Assembly (NCBI GenBank): GCA_964016885.1
Contig: OZ024743.1
Span: forward strand, 88,288,001 to 88,352,000
Direction of reading: 5' to 3'
Origin: Eledone cirrhosa
Lineage: Eukaryota
Length of the DNA stretch: 64,000 nt
How positions within the stretch are numbered: position 1 is the stretch's first letter; each line of letters opens with the position of its first letter. Shown here one piece after another: positions 53,140-62,359 of the stretch. Under the pieces are notes generated by a model that worked only from the letters and a program-made list of their open reading frames with translations, did no database searches and was not told the DNA's origin. Made by a program: the position numbers and the translations under genes.

Positions 53140-56100
53140 CATCATCATCTTCGTTTAACGTCCATTTTCCACGCTAGCATGGGTTTATATATATATATAC
53201 ATGCTGTGACTGCAGAGGACATGCATAGACAGGAGAGAAATGAAGTAAACATGCTTCGTTGGATGTGCAATGTAAGTGTGAGAGAAAAGCAGAGCTTGGA
53301 CGAGTTGAGAGAGAAGCTAGCTTTAAGTGGAATCTGAGATGATGTGCAGGGGAGAAGACTGCATTGGTATGGACATGTGAGGTGCATGGACAATGACCAC
53401 TGGGTGAAAAAATGCCAGGAAATCCCAGTGGGAGGCAGCCGCGGTAGAGGTAGACCAAGAAAGACCTGGGCAGAGGTTGTGAGAGCTGATCTTAAATCAC
53501 TGAAACTCACAGAGGAGATGACAAAGGAACGCAATGAGTGGAGTGATGCGATGCTGAGAAGGACCCATCCAACCTATGAAAGCAGGGAAAAATGGATGTA
53601 AAAACGATGATGATGTTATATATATATAAAATCATATATGTGAATTTATAAAGAGTTTTTGTTTATTAATTCATTTGCTCTATAATGTATGACCTATGTC
53701 CAAAACTCTCTTCCTTCATTAGTATGAGGTTTAGTCTAATAAGTCTGACCACAACACTATTGTGTTTTGTTGTTAACAGAAAGGGGACACAGCCCTTCAT
53801 ATTGCTCTGAGAGCCCGCAGCAAGAGAATTACAGAGATGTTATTACGGAACCCTAAAAACAGCCAACTCTTATATAAGGGCAACAAAGTTGGGGAAACAC
53901 CCTATAGTATTGATGCCTATTACCACAAGGGGATCCTTACACAGATCTTTGGCCACAGTAAGACACTTTTCTGTTGTTAAACATACATATATATATATAC
54001 ACATACACACACTTGTACACATATATAACTGTACACATGCACACATATATACATATATATATGTACACACATACACACTTGTACACATATATACAATATG
54101 TGTGCACATGTACACCATTGTTTCCCTTCAATACACCTATATGCCACTGCTCCCTCCCTCTTCTCTTTTATACACTTGTATATACTGGTCCTTTAAATCT
54201 ATACACTACTTTCTGCCCCTTTTTTCACTTACCTGTATTACCCTACACTTCCCCCTACACACACATGCCTTTACACAAACACACCACCCTCCTACACACA
54301 CATGCCTTTACACAAACACACCACCCTCCTACACACACATGCCTTTACACAAACACACCACCCTCCTATACACATACATACCTTTACACAAACACACCAC
54401 TCTCCTACACACACACATATTCCTTTACACAAACAGCCCCTATACACACATACCTTTACACCCCTACATATATATACTATACACCAGAATACTTCCCCCT
54501 ACACACATACATACCTATACAATCACTACACTCCCCCTTCCCTCCCTATATACATACCTATATTCAGCTATCTGTTCCCCCATTTATATCTTTTAATCAT
54601 CTGTTAATTAATTAGTTAATTATATTTATATATATACTTTCTGCTATTTGCAGGGAACCTAAATGCTAATGATGCTGAGAACCTCCTAGGTTATGAAATC
54701 TACAGTAGTGCCCTGGCTGATGTGTTAAGTGAACCTTCACTAAGTATGCCCATAACAGTTGGGCTCTATGCCAAATGGGGAAGTGGAAAATCTTTTTTAA
54801 TCAACAAATTACAAAGTGAGTTTGAATTATACTGAAGGGGACAGGGGATGACTAGATTGCTTTTTGTGGGGTTCTAACACCTTGACTAGCATATAAAGTG
54901 TCTTAATACCTCCATCATAGTGTAGAGTACATCTGATATGTCTTAATATCTCCATCACAATATAGAGGATGTCTTAACCCTTTAGCATTTACATTTTTCT
55001 ATATTTACTATTGTATTTTTACGGTAAACACTTTATCTCACATAATTATCTCACCTGATATTGAATCTATGAGATTTTGATATTATTTATTTTGAGAACA
55101 ATACCTTAAAGTCAGTATGAGGGGCCAGTTATGACTGGTTTGTACAGAAAGAGGTGAGAGAATTCTAGCCAGATACAACCAATTTAAATGCTAAAGGGTT
55201 AATACCTTCACCATAGTGTAGAGTACATCTGATGTTTTAATACTCCATCATAGTGTAATGGGTATCTGATCTGTCTTAATACCTCCATCATACTGTACTT
55301 ATAAATGTACTAATGAGCCAGTACTGTCAGTAATGATGGAATTAGCATTGAACATATTGATTTTTTGAATTTCAGGATTGGTATACCATATATACCAGGA
55401 TTGCCAGATATATTAACAATCATGCAAACTGGGAAATTTGTGTTTTGATAAATTAATTTAACATGGATTGTTGGTCTCAGTGTTTGCTTTGGTTTATTGT
55501 TCTTACATAATGGACATTTCTAGAATATAATTAGATGTTCAACTAGGTGCATTAATAGTGGCTACTAGTAGCACTACTACTTTACTGTGAGCTGGATCTA
55601 TTTTATTGTTGCACCAGCAGTACCACTTCATCATCATTTAATGTCCATCTTCCACGCTTGCATGGGTTATATATCTAAATAGATATACAAGCACATGTAG
55701 CATATTATATCGTTGATGACTATAGCAATATGACAGTGATAGGAAATGCATTGTGTGTATGTGTGTGTAAATTTTAAAGAGTTACAGACACTTCTTATTG
55801 TTCTTCCACTTATTCCTGAGAGAGTCATGGGGGCAAAGACCTCAAACACTCCTTCGAGTGGGTCCTGTCAGAAGCAATCGTCTCCAACTAATCCGGCTGG
55901 ATCCCCAAGCGTGACCAACCAAGCTCATGGATGTTATCCAACCATCTTGCTCAAGGTCTACCCTGGGTTTCCTGCCAGTTGGTTTTGCCCATAAAATCTA
56001 TCCAAGACATTCTAACCACATTCCCATAGTATCTGAGGTGTGATCTCTCAATTTGGAGAACTAGCAGCTCTACCTGGAGTGACTCTCTGATCTCCGAGAT

Positions 56101-57122
56101 ACACCCTCTATTGAGTAACGTTACTCCAAAGACCCTTCAGAGGAATTACCTAAGATTCATGACCATACGTAACGGTTGAAACAAATACCGAATTGAAGAA
56201 AGCAAGTTTAGCTTTTACACCTACCTCCCTTCTTCTGATTACTGAATGTTGAAGCTCACATTTTTGCACCAGCTCCTGTTACAGACACTTATATATAAAT
56301 AAATATACAAACAGACATGGCATATTACTGTTGATTATTATTATGTTTCTGTTATTTTACAGAGGAGATGAAGTCTTTTACACAACAGAATGAGAAAATC
56401 AACTTCCTTTTCACCAAAACTCTCGTATTTTTCCTCTTCTTCTTAAACTTCCTCATCGGGTTTGGCCTTAGTTTAGCCGTCAACTGGATTGTTGGTCTCA
56501 GTGTTTGCTTTGGTTTATTGTTCTTACAAGCTATCATTTTTGGTATGTATTGAATCTCTCTCTTTCTTTCCCTTCTCTGTAAATAAAGAAGTGGCTGAGT
56601 CATTAGAATGTTGGATAGAATGATTTACAGATCTTCAACCACTTTACAGAGTGTAGCACCATCACTGCCATTTTACAGAGTGGACTGGGTGCATTTTATT
56701 CTGGCACCAGCACCACTATTTTACAGAGTGGATGGGGTGTATTTTATTGTAGCACCAACACTACCATTTTATAGAGTGGACAGGGTCCATTTTATTGTAG
56801 TACAAACACTACCACTTTACAGAGTGGACTGGGTGCATTTTAACTGAATATATGTAATATATATAGCAAGTGCTTGAAGTGGATGGAACCCATGTAAGAG
56901 GGAGACCTAGGAAGATGGGACAGTGATAATGATGATGATGATGAGCGTATCTATGTTTCTATTTTCAGCTCTCATCAAATATTTCATTCACCGTTACTCC
57001 AATCAGTTCACTCTCCGTATATCATACGTCTTTCAACGACAGATGAAAAGTCTAAAAATGTTACTGTATTTGTTGTTTTGGAATCCTCGTAAACTGAGTG
57101 CCAATGAAGTACCTCATGTCAG
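8913..57122 (+). CDS. KIDINS220: KIDINS220/ARMS orthologue (ankyrin repeats + KAP-family P-loop NTPase + TM), spliced, 3'-incomplete; 15 coding exons, ~593 codons in window
   Basis: Manually joined exons give a continuous ORF with consistent phases and AG/GT boundaries. Peptides match recalled vertebrate KIDINS220 in order: [85 protein letters not shown]. Confidence 0.95.
9081..9426 (-). mobile_element. SINE family A copy
   Basis: Reverse complement of 37599-37946. Confidence 0.9.
9658..9988 (-). mobile_element. SINE family A copy
   Basis: Near-identical to 9081-9426. Confidence 0.9.
10167..11915 (-). mobile_element. RTE LINE family B, 5'-truncated, frameshifted
   Basis: ORF pieces 11339-11788, 11067-11312, 10423-11058, 10184-10408; ORF runs directly into the (ATG)n tail ([13 protein letters not shown]). 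Confidence 0.93.
11930..12695. repeat. Minisatellite (~55-75-bp unit with variable (TA)n), ending at the exon 2 acceptor
   Basis: Unit cacacatgaacaaactatgttgtatttctgtgtg(ta)n. Confidence 0.92.
12704..12802 (+). CDS. KIDINS220: Exon 2, ankyrin repeat ([33 protein letters not shown])
   Basis: ttag| ... |gtaagt, 99 nt, phase 0/0. Confidence 0.93.
12840..12965 (-). mobile_element. SINE family B, 5'-truncated, 19-bp TSD
   Basis: ATTCTCACATTACAATAAT at 12821-12839 and 12966-12984. Confidence 0.88.
12985..21690. repeat. 32-bp satellite array, ~270 copies (ACAGTATTATACTTCCACTGGTCATATATATT), in intron 2
   Basis: Strict 32-bp period (15 units per 480 bp); no unique spacers. Confidence 0.98.
21985..22299 (-). 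mobile_element. SINE family A copy
   Basis: Near-identical to 9081-9426. Confidence 0.9.
22805..22903 (+). CDS. KIDINS220: Exon 3, ankyrin repeat ([33 protein letters not shown])
   Basis: tctcag| ... |gtaagt, 99 nt. Confidence 0.95.
23739..23837 (+). CDS. KIDINS220: Exon 4, ankyrin repeat ([33 protein letters not shown])
   Basis: tttag| ... |gtaagg, 99 nt. Confidence 0.95.
24167..24435. repeat. 44-bp tandem repeat, ~6 copies, at a SINE junction
   Basis: ttgttacatcggccacactaacactacatgtggaataaagtgtc. Confidence 0.92.
24711..24809 (+). CDS. KIDINS220: Exon 5, ankyrin repeat ([33 protein letters not shown])
   Basis: tgtag| ... |gtaaga, 99 nt. Confidence 0.95.
25055..25385. mobile_element. TTAA-flanked MITE with internal direct repeat
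   Basis: ttaattcttaacatcctgt ... acaggatgttaaaagttaa. Confidence 0.6.
25422..25565. mobile_element. piggyBac-type MITE (TTAA TSD, CCCTTTAGCATTTA TIR)
   Basis: ttaaCCCTTTAGCATTTA...TAAATGCTAAAGGGttaa; same family at 4641-4864 and 54974-55202. Confidence 0.85.
26083..26181 (+). CDS. KIDINS220: Exon 6, ankyrin repeat ([33 protein letters not shown])
   Basis: ttacag| ... |gtaagt, 99 nt. Confidence 0.95.
26211..26362. repeat. 38-bp tandem repeat, 4 copies, just after the exon 6 donor
   Basis: cacatgtagcaatcttgtaagagactgctatttgataa. Confidence 0.9.
26477..26684 (+). mobile_element. tRNA-derived SINE family B with (ATT)n tail (centre resembles the MetaSINE domain, from memory)
   Basis: B-box GAGTTCAAATCCC, GCCTTTCATCCTTACAGGGTCGATAAAATAAAGTACCAG; other copies at 12840-12965(-), 32724-32938(+), 37980-38156(-), 41259-41472(-). 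Confidence 0.85.
26901..28971 (+). CDS. Tx1/L1 ORF1 (gag-like; zinc knuckle [14 protein letters not shown]), one frameshift at ~27735
   Basis: ORFs 26865-27884 and 27727-28971 join if the A7 run at 27733-27739 is A6; Ser/Asn-rich N-terminus, Pro/Thr-rich C-terminus. Confidence 0.8.
29007..32425 (+). CDS. Tx1/L1 ORF2 (APE endonuclease, RT, C-terminal CCHC), one frameshift at ~31620
   Basis: [61 protein letters not shown]...[10 protein letters not shown]. Confidence 0.93.
33004..33102 (+). CDS. KIDINS220: Exon 7, ankyrin repeat ([33 protein letters not shown])
   Basis: atag| ... |gtaagc, 99 nt. Confidence 0.95.
33723..34390. mobile_element. TA-flanked non-autonomous DNA transposon containing a CA-rich minisatellite
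   Basis: taCTCTCGGGTcttgAATAAT ... ATTATTtggtACCCGAGAGta. Confidence 0.7.
34482..34580 (+). CDS. KIDINS220: Exon 8, ankyrin repeat ([33 protein letters not shown])
   Basis: ccttcag| ... |gttagt, 99 nt. Confidence 0.93.
34630..36960. repeat. T/G-rich compound minisatellite (23-24-bp core ATTATTGGTGTTATTGGTTGTTGT, optional 9-bp CATTGTTGT)
   Basis: Directly visible; starts ~50 nt after the exon 8 donor. Confidence 0.96.
37599..37946 (+). mobile_element. tRNA-derived SINE family A (CORE-like centre, RTE-derived 3' end); clearest plus-strand copy
   Basis: A-box TGGCTTAGTGG, B-box GAGTTCAATTC, CCTTGAGCAAGACACTTT core, 3' end matching RTE family B terminus plus (ATG)n. Confidence 0.9.
38723..38821 (+). 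CDS. KIDINS220: Exon 9, ankyrin repeat ([33 protein letters not shown])
   Basis: tgcag| ... |gtgagt, 99 nt. Confidence 0.95.
40199..40297 (+). CDS. KIDINS220: Exon 10, ankyrin repeat ([33 protein letters not shown])
   Basis: tccag| ... |gttcgt, 99 nt; weak splice signals but clear homology. Confidence 0.92.
41259..41472 (-). mobile_element. SINE family B, 21-bp TSD, ~45 nt upstream of exon 11
   Basis: TGGAATATATATATATAATGA at 41238-41258 and 41473-41493. Confidence 0.9.
41517..41615 (+). CDS. KIDINS220: Exon 11, ankyrin repeat ([33 protein letters not shown])
   Basis: tttaag| ... |gtcagt, 99 nt. Confidence 0.94.
43010..46610 (+). mobile_element. Near full-length RTE family A copy (APE + RT), inactivated by stops and internal deletions
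   Basis: [28 protein letters not shown]; RT pieces 44301-46235; 3' UTR and tail. Confidence 0.95.
46614..46945 (-). mobile_element. SINE family A copy, tail-to-tail with the RTE ending at 46610
   Basis: Near-identical to 9081-9426. Confidence 0.9.
48008..48247. mobile_element. Probable piggyBac-type MITE
   Basis: ttaaCCCTTTC ... GAAAGGGttat. Confidence 0.55.
48612..48951 (-). mobile_element. SINE family A copy (variant centre)
   Basis: Same head, core and tail. Confidence 0.88.
48989..49170. mobile_element. Tc1/mariner-type MITE
   Basis: taCGAGAGGGTGCTGAAAAGTTC ... GAACTTTTCAGCACCCTC. Confidence 0.8.
49249..49654. repeat. Foldback element (nested imperfect inverted repeats)
   Basis: Several paired arms; see findings. 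Confidence 0.8.
49815..53085 (+). mobile_element. RTE family A copy, 5'-truncated in APE; one in-frame stop (TGG>TAG at 52198)
   Basis: ORF 49840-52200 continues in the same frame to 52692; 3' UTR and (ATG)n tail. Confidence 0.96.
53200..53615 (+). mobile_element. RTE family B 3' fragment
   Basis: RLHWYGHV...GRPRKTW...[13 protein letters not shown], then GATGATG. Confidence 0.88.
53780..53957 (+). CDS. KIDINS220: Exon 12 ([59 protein letters not shown])
   Basis: aacag| ... |gtaaga, 178 nt, phase 0/1. Confidence 0.95.
54255..54440. repeat. ~38-bp CA-rich minisatellite between exons 12 and 13
   Basis: cacacacatgcctttacacaaacacaccaccctccta repeats. Confidence 0.85.
54654..54815 (+). CDS. KIDINS220: Exon 13, KAP NTPase start with Walker A ([43 protein letters not shown])
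   Basis: ttgcag| ... |gtgagt, 162 nt, phase 1/1. Confidence 0.96.
54974..55202. mobile_element. piggyBac-type MITE
   Basis: TTAA TSD and the same TIR as 25422-25565, opposite orientation. Confidence 0.85.
55800..56280 (-). mobile_element. Old RTE-type LINE 3' fragment (third family)
   Basis: Minus strand [20 protein letters not shown]; related plus-strand piece at ~25720-25810. Confidence 0.6.
56363..56542 (+). CDS. KIDINS220: Exon 14, transmembrane segments ([59 protein letters not shown])
   Basis: ttacag| ... |gtatgt, 180 nt, phase 1/1; hydrophobic segments inserted after Walker A, as is typical of KAP NTPases. Confidence 0.92.
56969..57122 (+). CDS. KIDINS220: Exon 15 ([51 protein letters not shown])
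   Basis: ttttcag| ... AG|gtaagt, 154 nt, phase 1/2; LLFWNP corresponds to vertebrate LMFVNP. Confidence 0.88.
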
Positions 57123-57384
57123 GTAAGTTCTCTTCATGTCCTGCTCAGAGTAACACCACTGCTCTGGGCATCACACTTACTCTTTCAATCATTGTAACTT
57201 CTGTTTTGCTTCTTCATTTCTTGTTTTATGTCTGTTAACATATTTTTTATAACAAGTCCCTGTACTACCTGGTTAACTATGCAACAGACTGACCCCTACC
57301 TTCCTTTGCCAGATATTTTAATCATGTCATCACATGTAGTTGTGTGTGTATCTGACTAGTATCTGTGTGTCTGTTTTTGTATAT

Positions 57385-57790
57385 ATGAGGTACACAAGAA
57401 GTTTTGAGACTTGTATCAGAGAGATATTTATTTAACTCTGATCAACACAAAACTCTCCTTCAAAATCTCCCTCAAAGTAGTATCATACAACTTCAATGTA
57501 CTTGTTGTAGCACTCCAGCCACTTCTGGAAGGCCCCCTTGTAGTCCTTTAAAGTAAAAGTCACCATGGCACTTGTCACAGCCTCCTTCACTTCCTCCACA
57601 TTCTCAAAGCGGATACCCCTGAGCTTCTCCTTCAGCTTCAGGAACATCCAGAAGTAAGATGGGGCTAAGTCTGGACTGTATGGAAGAGGAGTGACAGTCT
57701 TGATCCCCATATCAGCCAAATAATTGGTCACCAGGATGGATTTGTGACTGGAGGTATTGTCCTGGTACAGGTGCCGCTGACCAAGTTCAA
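57385..57790 (-). pseudogene. Mariner transposase C-terminal fragment
   Basis: QDNTSSH...PYSPDLAPSYFWMFLKLKEKLRGIRF (mariner YSPDLAP motif). Confidence 0.88.
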
Positions 57791-59886
57791 CATGGGTGAG
57801 GTGCTGGTACGGGTAGGATGAGAAATGGTGGGGGATATTAAGACAGGGGAAGGGTAAAGAGCAGAAGATTGGTGCAGATATATATTATATTTACTTCATA
57901 CAGTTTTATATGATATATACTCTTGTTCTCCTGATGAAGGACCTACATCCAATACATCAAACTTTTTCTCTCTTTTCTCCAAAGTGTGAAATTGTTTTTG
58001 TATCTGTGTTTGTCATTTTCTTAATTATATATATATATATGGGTGTGTGTGTATATATATATACATATATATATAGTTATGTAATAAACAACATAAGATA
58101 ATTATTTCATTTACCAGTAGATAAATCTGCTTTCAGTCGTCAGAATGAATAAAACATGGTGTTTTTATTAAATATGGATTTGAAAACAAAATATAAGAAA
58201 TATGAAAGTGAGGCTGAGGAAACAACGGGTGAAGAAGAAAAGAAATATAAAATAAATAAATAAACAAACATACACACACCCAACCACGCGCATATACTTA
58301 AAAAGTACGTAGACATAAGCTGTCACATAAGCTGTATCAACCGACATGGACAAAATACATACACATGAAGTAATAAGAATAAATAAATAAATGAATAAGA
58401 AGAAAAAATATTCAAAATAAAAAATAAAGAATGAAAAAATTGACAGAGGATGCACGTTGACAACGATAAGAGAGGGGGGGGGGACAAATAAAAAATAAAC
58501 AAATACATGAAGTGTGCAATTACATAAAAATACAGATACACAAAATAAAAAATATATATATATACATATATATACATATAAAAATATATATATATATATA
58601 ATATAAGATCAAAAGATGGTTAAAAGAGTTCCAAGTATTTTATTATGCACATTTCAAAAACAAATATCATCATGGGATGATATCTGCGTTTTCATCAGAT
58701 AAAATAGGGATACATGATATGAAGCTTAAAAAAACACTTGTGAATAGTGAAGTTTTAAATCAGAATATGAAAAATAATTTAAGATTGATGTATGAAAAAA
58801 GTGAGATGGGGGGGGGGGGTAAAGAATGGTGGAGGAGGAGTATAAGAAGGAAGGATGAGAGAGGAGGAGAGATGGGTGATAAAGAGAGAGAGATAGCCTT
58901 TACAACTGAGAAAAAAAAATACATATTGTCTCACAGAGAGAGGTTAAAAAGCCGTTGGAAGATAATAGATAATTTAAAAGAATTTGAAATTAAAAGATAA
59001 TGAGGTTTATGCATGAAGAGAAAAAGGGATTAAGAATAATATTAAATTAAGGTTTGTATATTGAAAGGTTTAATATGTGCAAGGAAAAGAAATTATTAAT
59101 ATGTATTATTAAAATAAAAATACTAATGTTATTAAGGATATAATGTGAAAAGAAGCAGAAGAATGAATGAGTTATGAATTTAGAGGAATTAGTTAGGTAT
59201 AAATTTGTTTTTATGTAATGTAATATGTGTACGTAAATAGTTTGTTTAAAAATGAGCGCAGAAGGCAAAGAAGAAAAGAATGTTTAAGGAAGAAAATATC
59301 TAAAATCAAAAATATATATGTTTACAAAATATTTTCTAATGGTAATAATATAATATACTAAAAGAAATTAGTTAGGGTTTAAGTTTGTTTTTATGTATTG
59401 TAATATGTAAAAGTCAAACGAGCATGAAAGGATGAGATAAAGGAATTTAAGGAAGAAAAATCTAACGTAAAAAAAATGTTTATGTTTACAAAGGACTATT
59501 AAAGGTAATACTATAATGTATTAAAAAAAATAATAATTTTTATGGCCAATGATATGAGGAAAGATGGAAGAATGGATAATGTTGTGGTGAGTAATAATAA
59601 GAATTGAGAAGTAGTTAGGAAGAAAAAGTACAGATTAGAGGTTAGAAATTAAAAAGAAAAGATCTTATATTATTTATACTCCAGTCCTACAAACTGTAGA
59701 GTGCTACTTATCCGATATTTGCATTGCTTTATTGTGCTACAATAAAACTCACCTCCTACATTATATATATATACATGCATACACACATACATACACACGC
59801 ACACACACACAACAAAAAAACCATGCACAAACACTCATATACACGTATAAAAATATATACACAAATGTAAGTGTATATACATATAT

Positions 59887-61921
59887 CATCATCATCGTTT
59901 AACGTGCACATTCCACGCTTGCATGGGTTTGGACGGGAGTTTTCTCACTTGAGGCAAGAGTGGTTGTCTTGCTCGCATAGGACTGTCTGGCGGGTTTTCT
60001 ACAGCTGGATGCCCTTCCTAACACCAACCACATTTACAGTGTGGGACTGGGAGGTTTTTACCGTGTTACCTTCACGGCCACATTACAGCATGGACTGTGT
60101 GTTTTTTTTGTCGTGACACCTACACGACCTCATTTGTTTCGGCCTGGATGTTGTGGCACCAACATAACTTTACATTGAAAGGGGTGGTGTGGGGGGGGGG
60201 TATTTTGTTAGAGGTGCCTACTGACTAGTAGGTTTCACTTTGTACTTAGGTAAGGCGGGTCTTCTCTATTACTGAGTACCGCCAAAGATCTCGGTCCAGT
60301 GACATTGTCTTGGAGAGGTGTAAGTGTGTGAGGTCGGAATTTATCAAGTCGTCCCAGGTTTTACTGGGTCTGCCTACTTCGTGGCTACCGTCTACCTTTA
60401 TTGCCCTGCACTTTTTTATACAGCTGTCGTCTTTCATGCGCATCATGTGACCATACCAACGTAGCCTTCTCTCGAGTACACAACATCTGATCCCTCTTAT
60501 TTCTAATTTTTCCCTTAGTTCGTTAATGCTTTGCCATTCACGTATATTACTATTACACATCCAGCGGAGCATGCAAGCTTCGTTCCTCTCTAGTCTGCGT
60601 ATATCCTCTGCACACAATGCCCAGGTCTCACTGCCATGCAACATTGCTGTTCGTATGCAGGCATCATACAACCTGCCTTTCATTTTTAGGGAGAACCCTT
60701 TAGCGGCTAATAGTGGTATAAGCTCTCTGAACTTTTTCCATCCAGTTCTGACTCTAGCTACTGTACTTTCAGAGCACCCTCCCCCACTGCTGATTTTGTC
60801 ACCCAGGTAACGGAAGCTGTCCACTATTTCTATAGAACCCTCTGCGCAATTGAAAGAGCTAGTATTTTGTGGGCACTTGCTGCTACTTATTGCACCAGAG
60901 CACCGGCCACATGTAAAATCTATGTTCTTAGTTAGCTTACCTGTGATCCCACTACATCTTTTATGCACCCATACTTTGCATTTGGGACATAAAATGGAGT
61001 TTCTGCCTACTCCTTTCCTACACACTGAGCATGGCCATTTCCCGGAAGGGACCGGCGCCTTATTTTCTTTCCTACAAACTAGAACTTTAGTCTTAGACAG
61101 GTTAATTTTAAGACCTTTTGATTCCAGGCCGTGCTTCCATGTTTGGAATTTCTTCTCTAGCTCGGCCATTGATTCAGTTATGAGCGTTAGATCATCTGCG
61201 TATAGGAGTTCCCATGGGCAGCCGCTCTTGAACTCCACTGTTATAGCCTGAAGGGCAATAATAAATAGTAGGGGGCTAAGAACAGAGCCCTGATGAACAC
61301 CAACTTTTACGCTAAACTCTTCACTATATTCGTTGTTAATTCTAACCTTGCTGACTGTTTCTTTATACATGGCTTGTATAGCTCTCACAAGCCATTCATC
61401 AACACCTAGTTTTCTAAGAGCCCACCAGATAATGGAACGGGGGACTCTGTCGAAGGCTTTCTCCAAGTCGACAAAAGCTAAGTATAGGGGTTTACTTTTA
61501 GCTAGGTACTTCTCCTGTAGTTGTCGTACAATGAAAAGAGCGTCTGTCCCACCGTTCCAGAGGCTTTCAGCATCTCAGCAACTATTTCCGAAGGCCCAGC
61601 CGCCTTACCCGTCTTCATATCTTTGATTGCCTTACTTATTATACTACCTTCAACTAACACTGCTGGGGGAGACTGTCTTTCTCCCATTTATTCTCCTCAT
61701 TTAGTAGCCTTTTGTAGTGACACTTCCAAGCTACCTTCTTATCAGCGTCAGTGATGGCAAGTACGCCATCATCATTTAGTACACACTTCTCCCCGACAAT
61801 ATCACGGTTTTCCTTGACACATTGCCTAGCAACCCTGAACACCTCACGTTGTTGGTCCTCGCGTTGTAGAACATGCTTGAACTTTCTTTCCTCTGCTTCC
61901 CTTCTTGCGAAGTACACTTGT
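59887..61921 (-). mobile_element. RTE family A copy, 5'-truncated, with internal deletions
   Basis: ORF 60246-61466; deletions at ~61548 and ~61665; (CAT)n tail. Confidence 0.95.
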
Positions 61922-62359
61922 CATATATATATATATATACATATATACACATATATATATATATATATATGCATACATACATATACATATATACACATAT
62001 ATATATATATATACACAAAAATATAAATAAAAATAAAGATACATCCACATACACAAGCGTGCAAAAATACATATACACATACACATACACACGCTTACAC
62101 ACGTAAGAAAATAAGCATACAACCAAATGAGCGTACAAACATAACCACATGCGTGCGCGCACTCGCACGTAAAGAACACATGCAGACAAAACCATACGTA
62201 AGACTATACAGACAAAAAACAAAGGCCTATAACCACCGCATACACACAACTAAAAACGTAAACACACATAGAACCATATAAAAGTATAATATGAACATAA
62301 ATAAACTCACACACATAAGTAAAAATACATACAAACACATACACACATATATATATATA

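Noticed and set aside
58130-59700. A-rich segment with short ORFs, possible gene or further KIDINS220 exon
   Set aside because: No exon continuing the phase-2 frame found; many stops; at most a very decayed LINE-like remnant I cannot support
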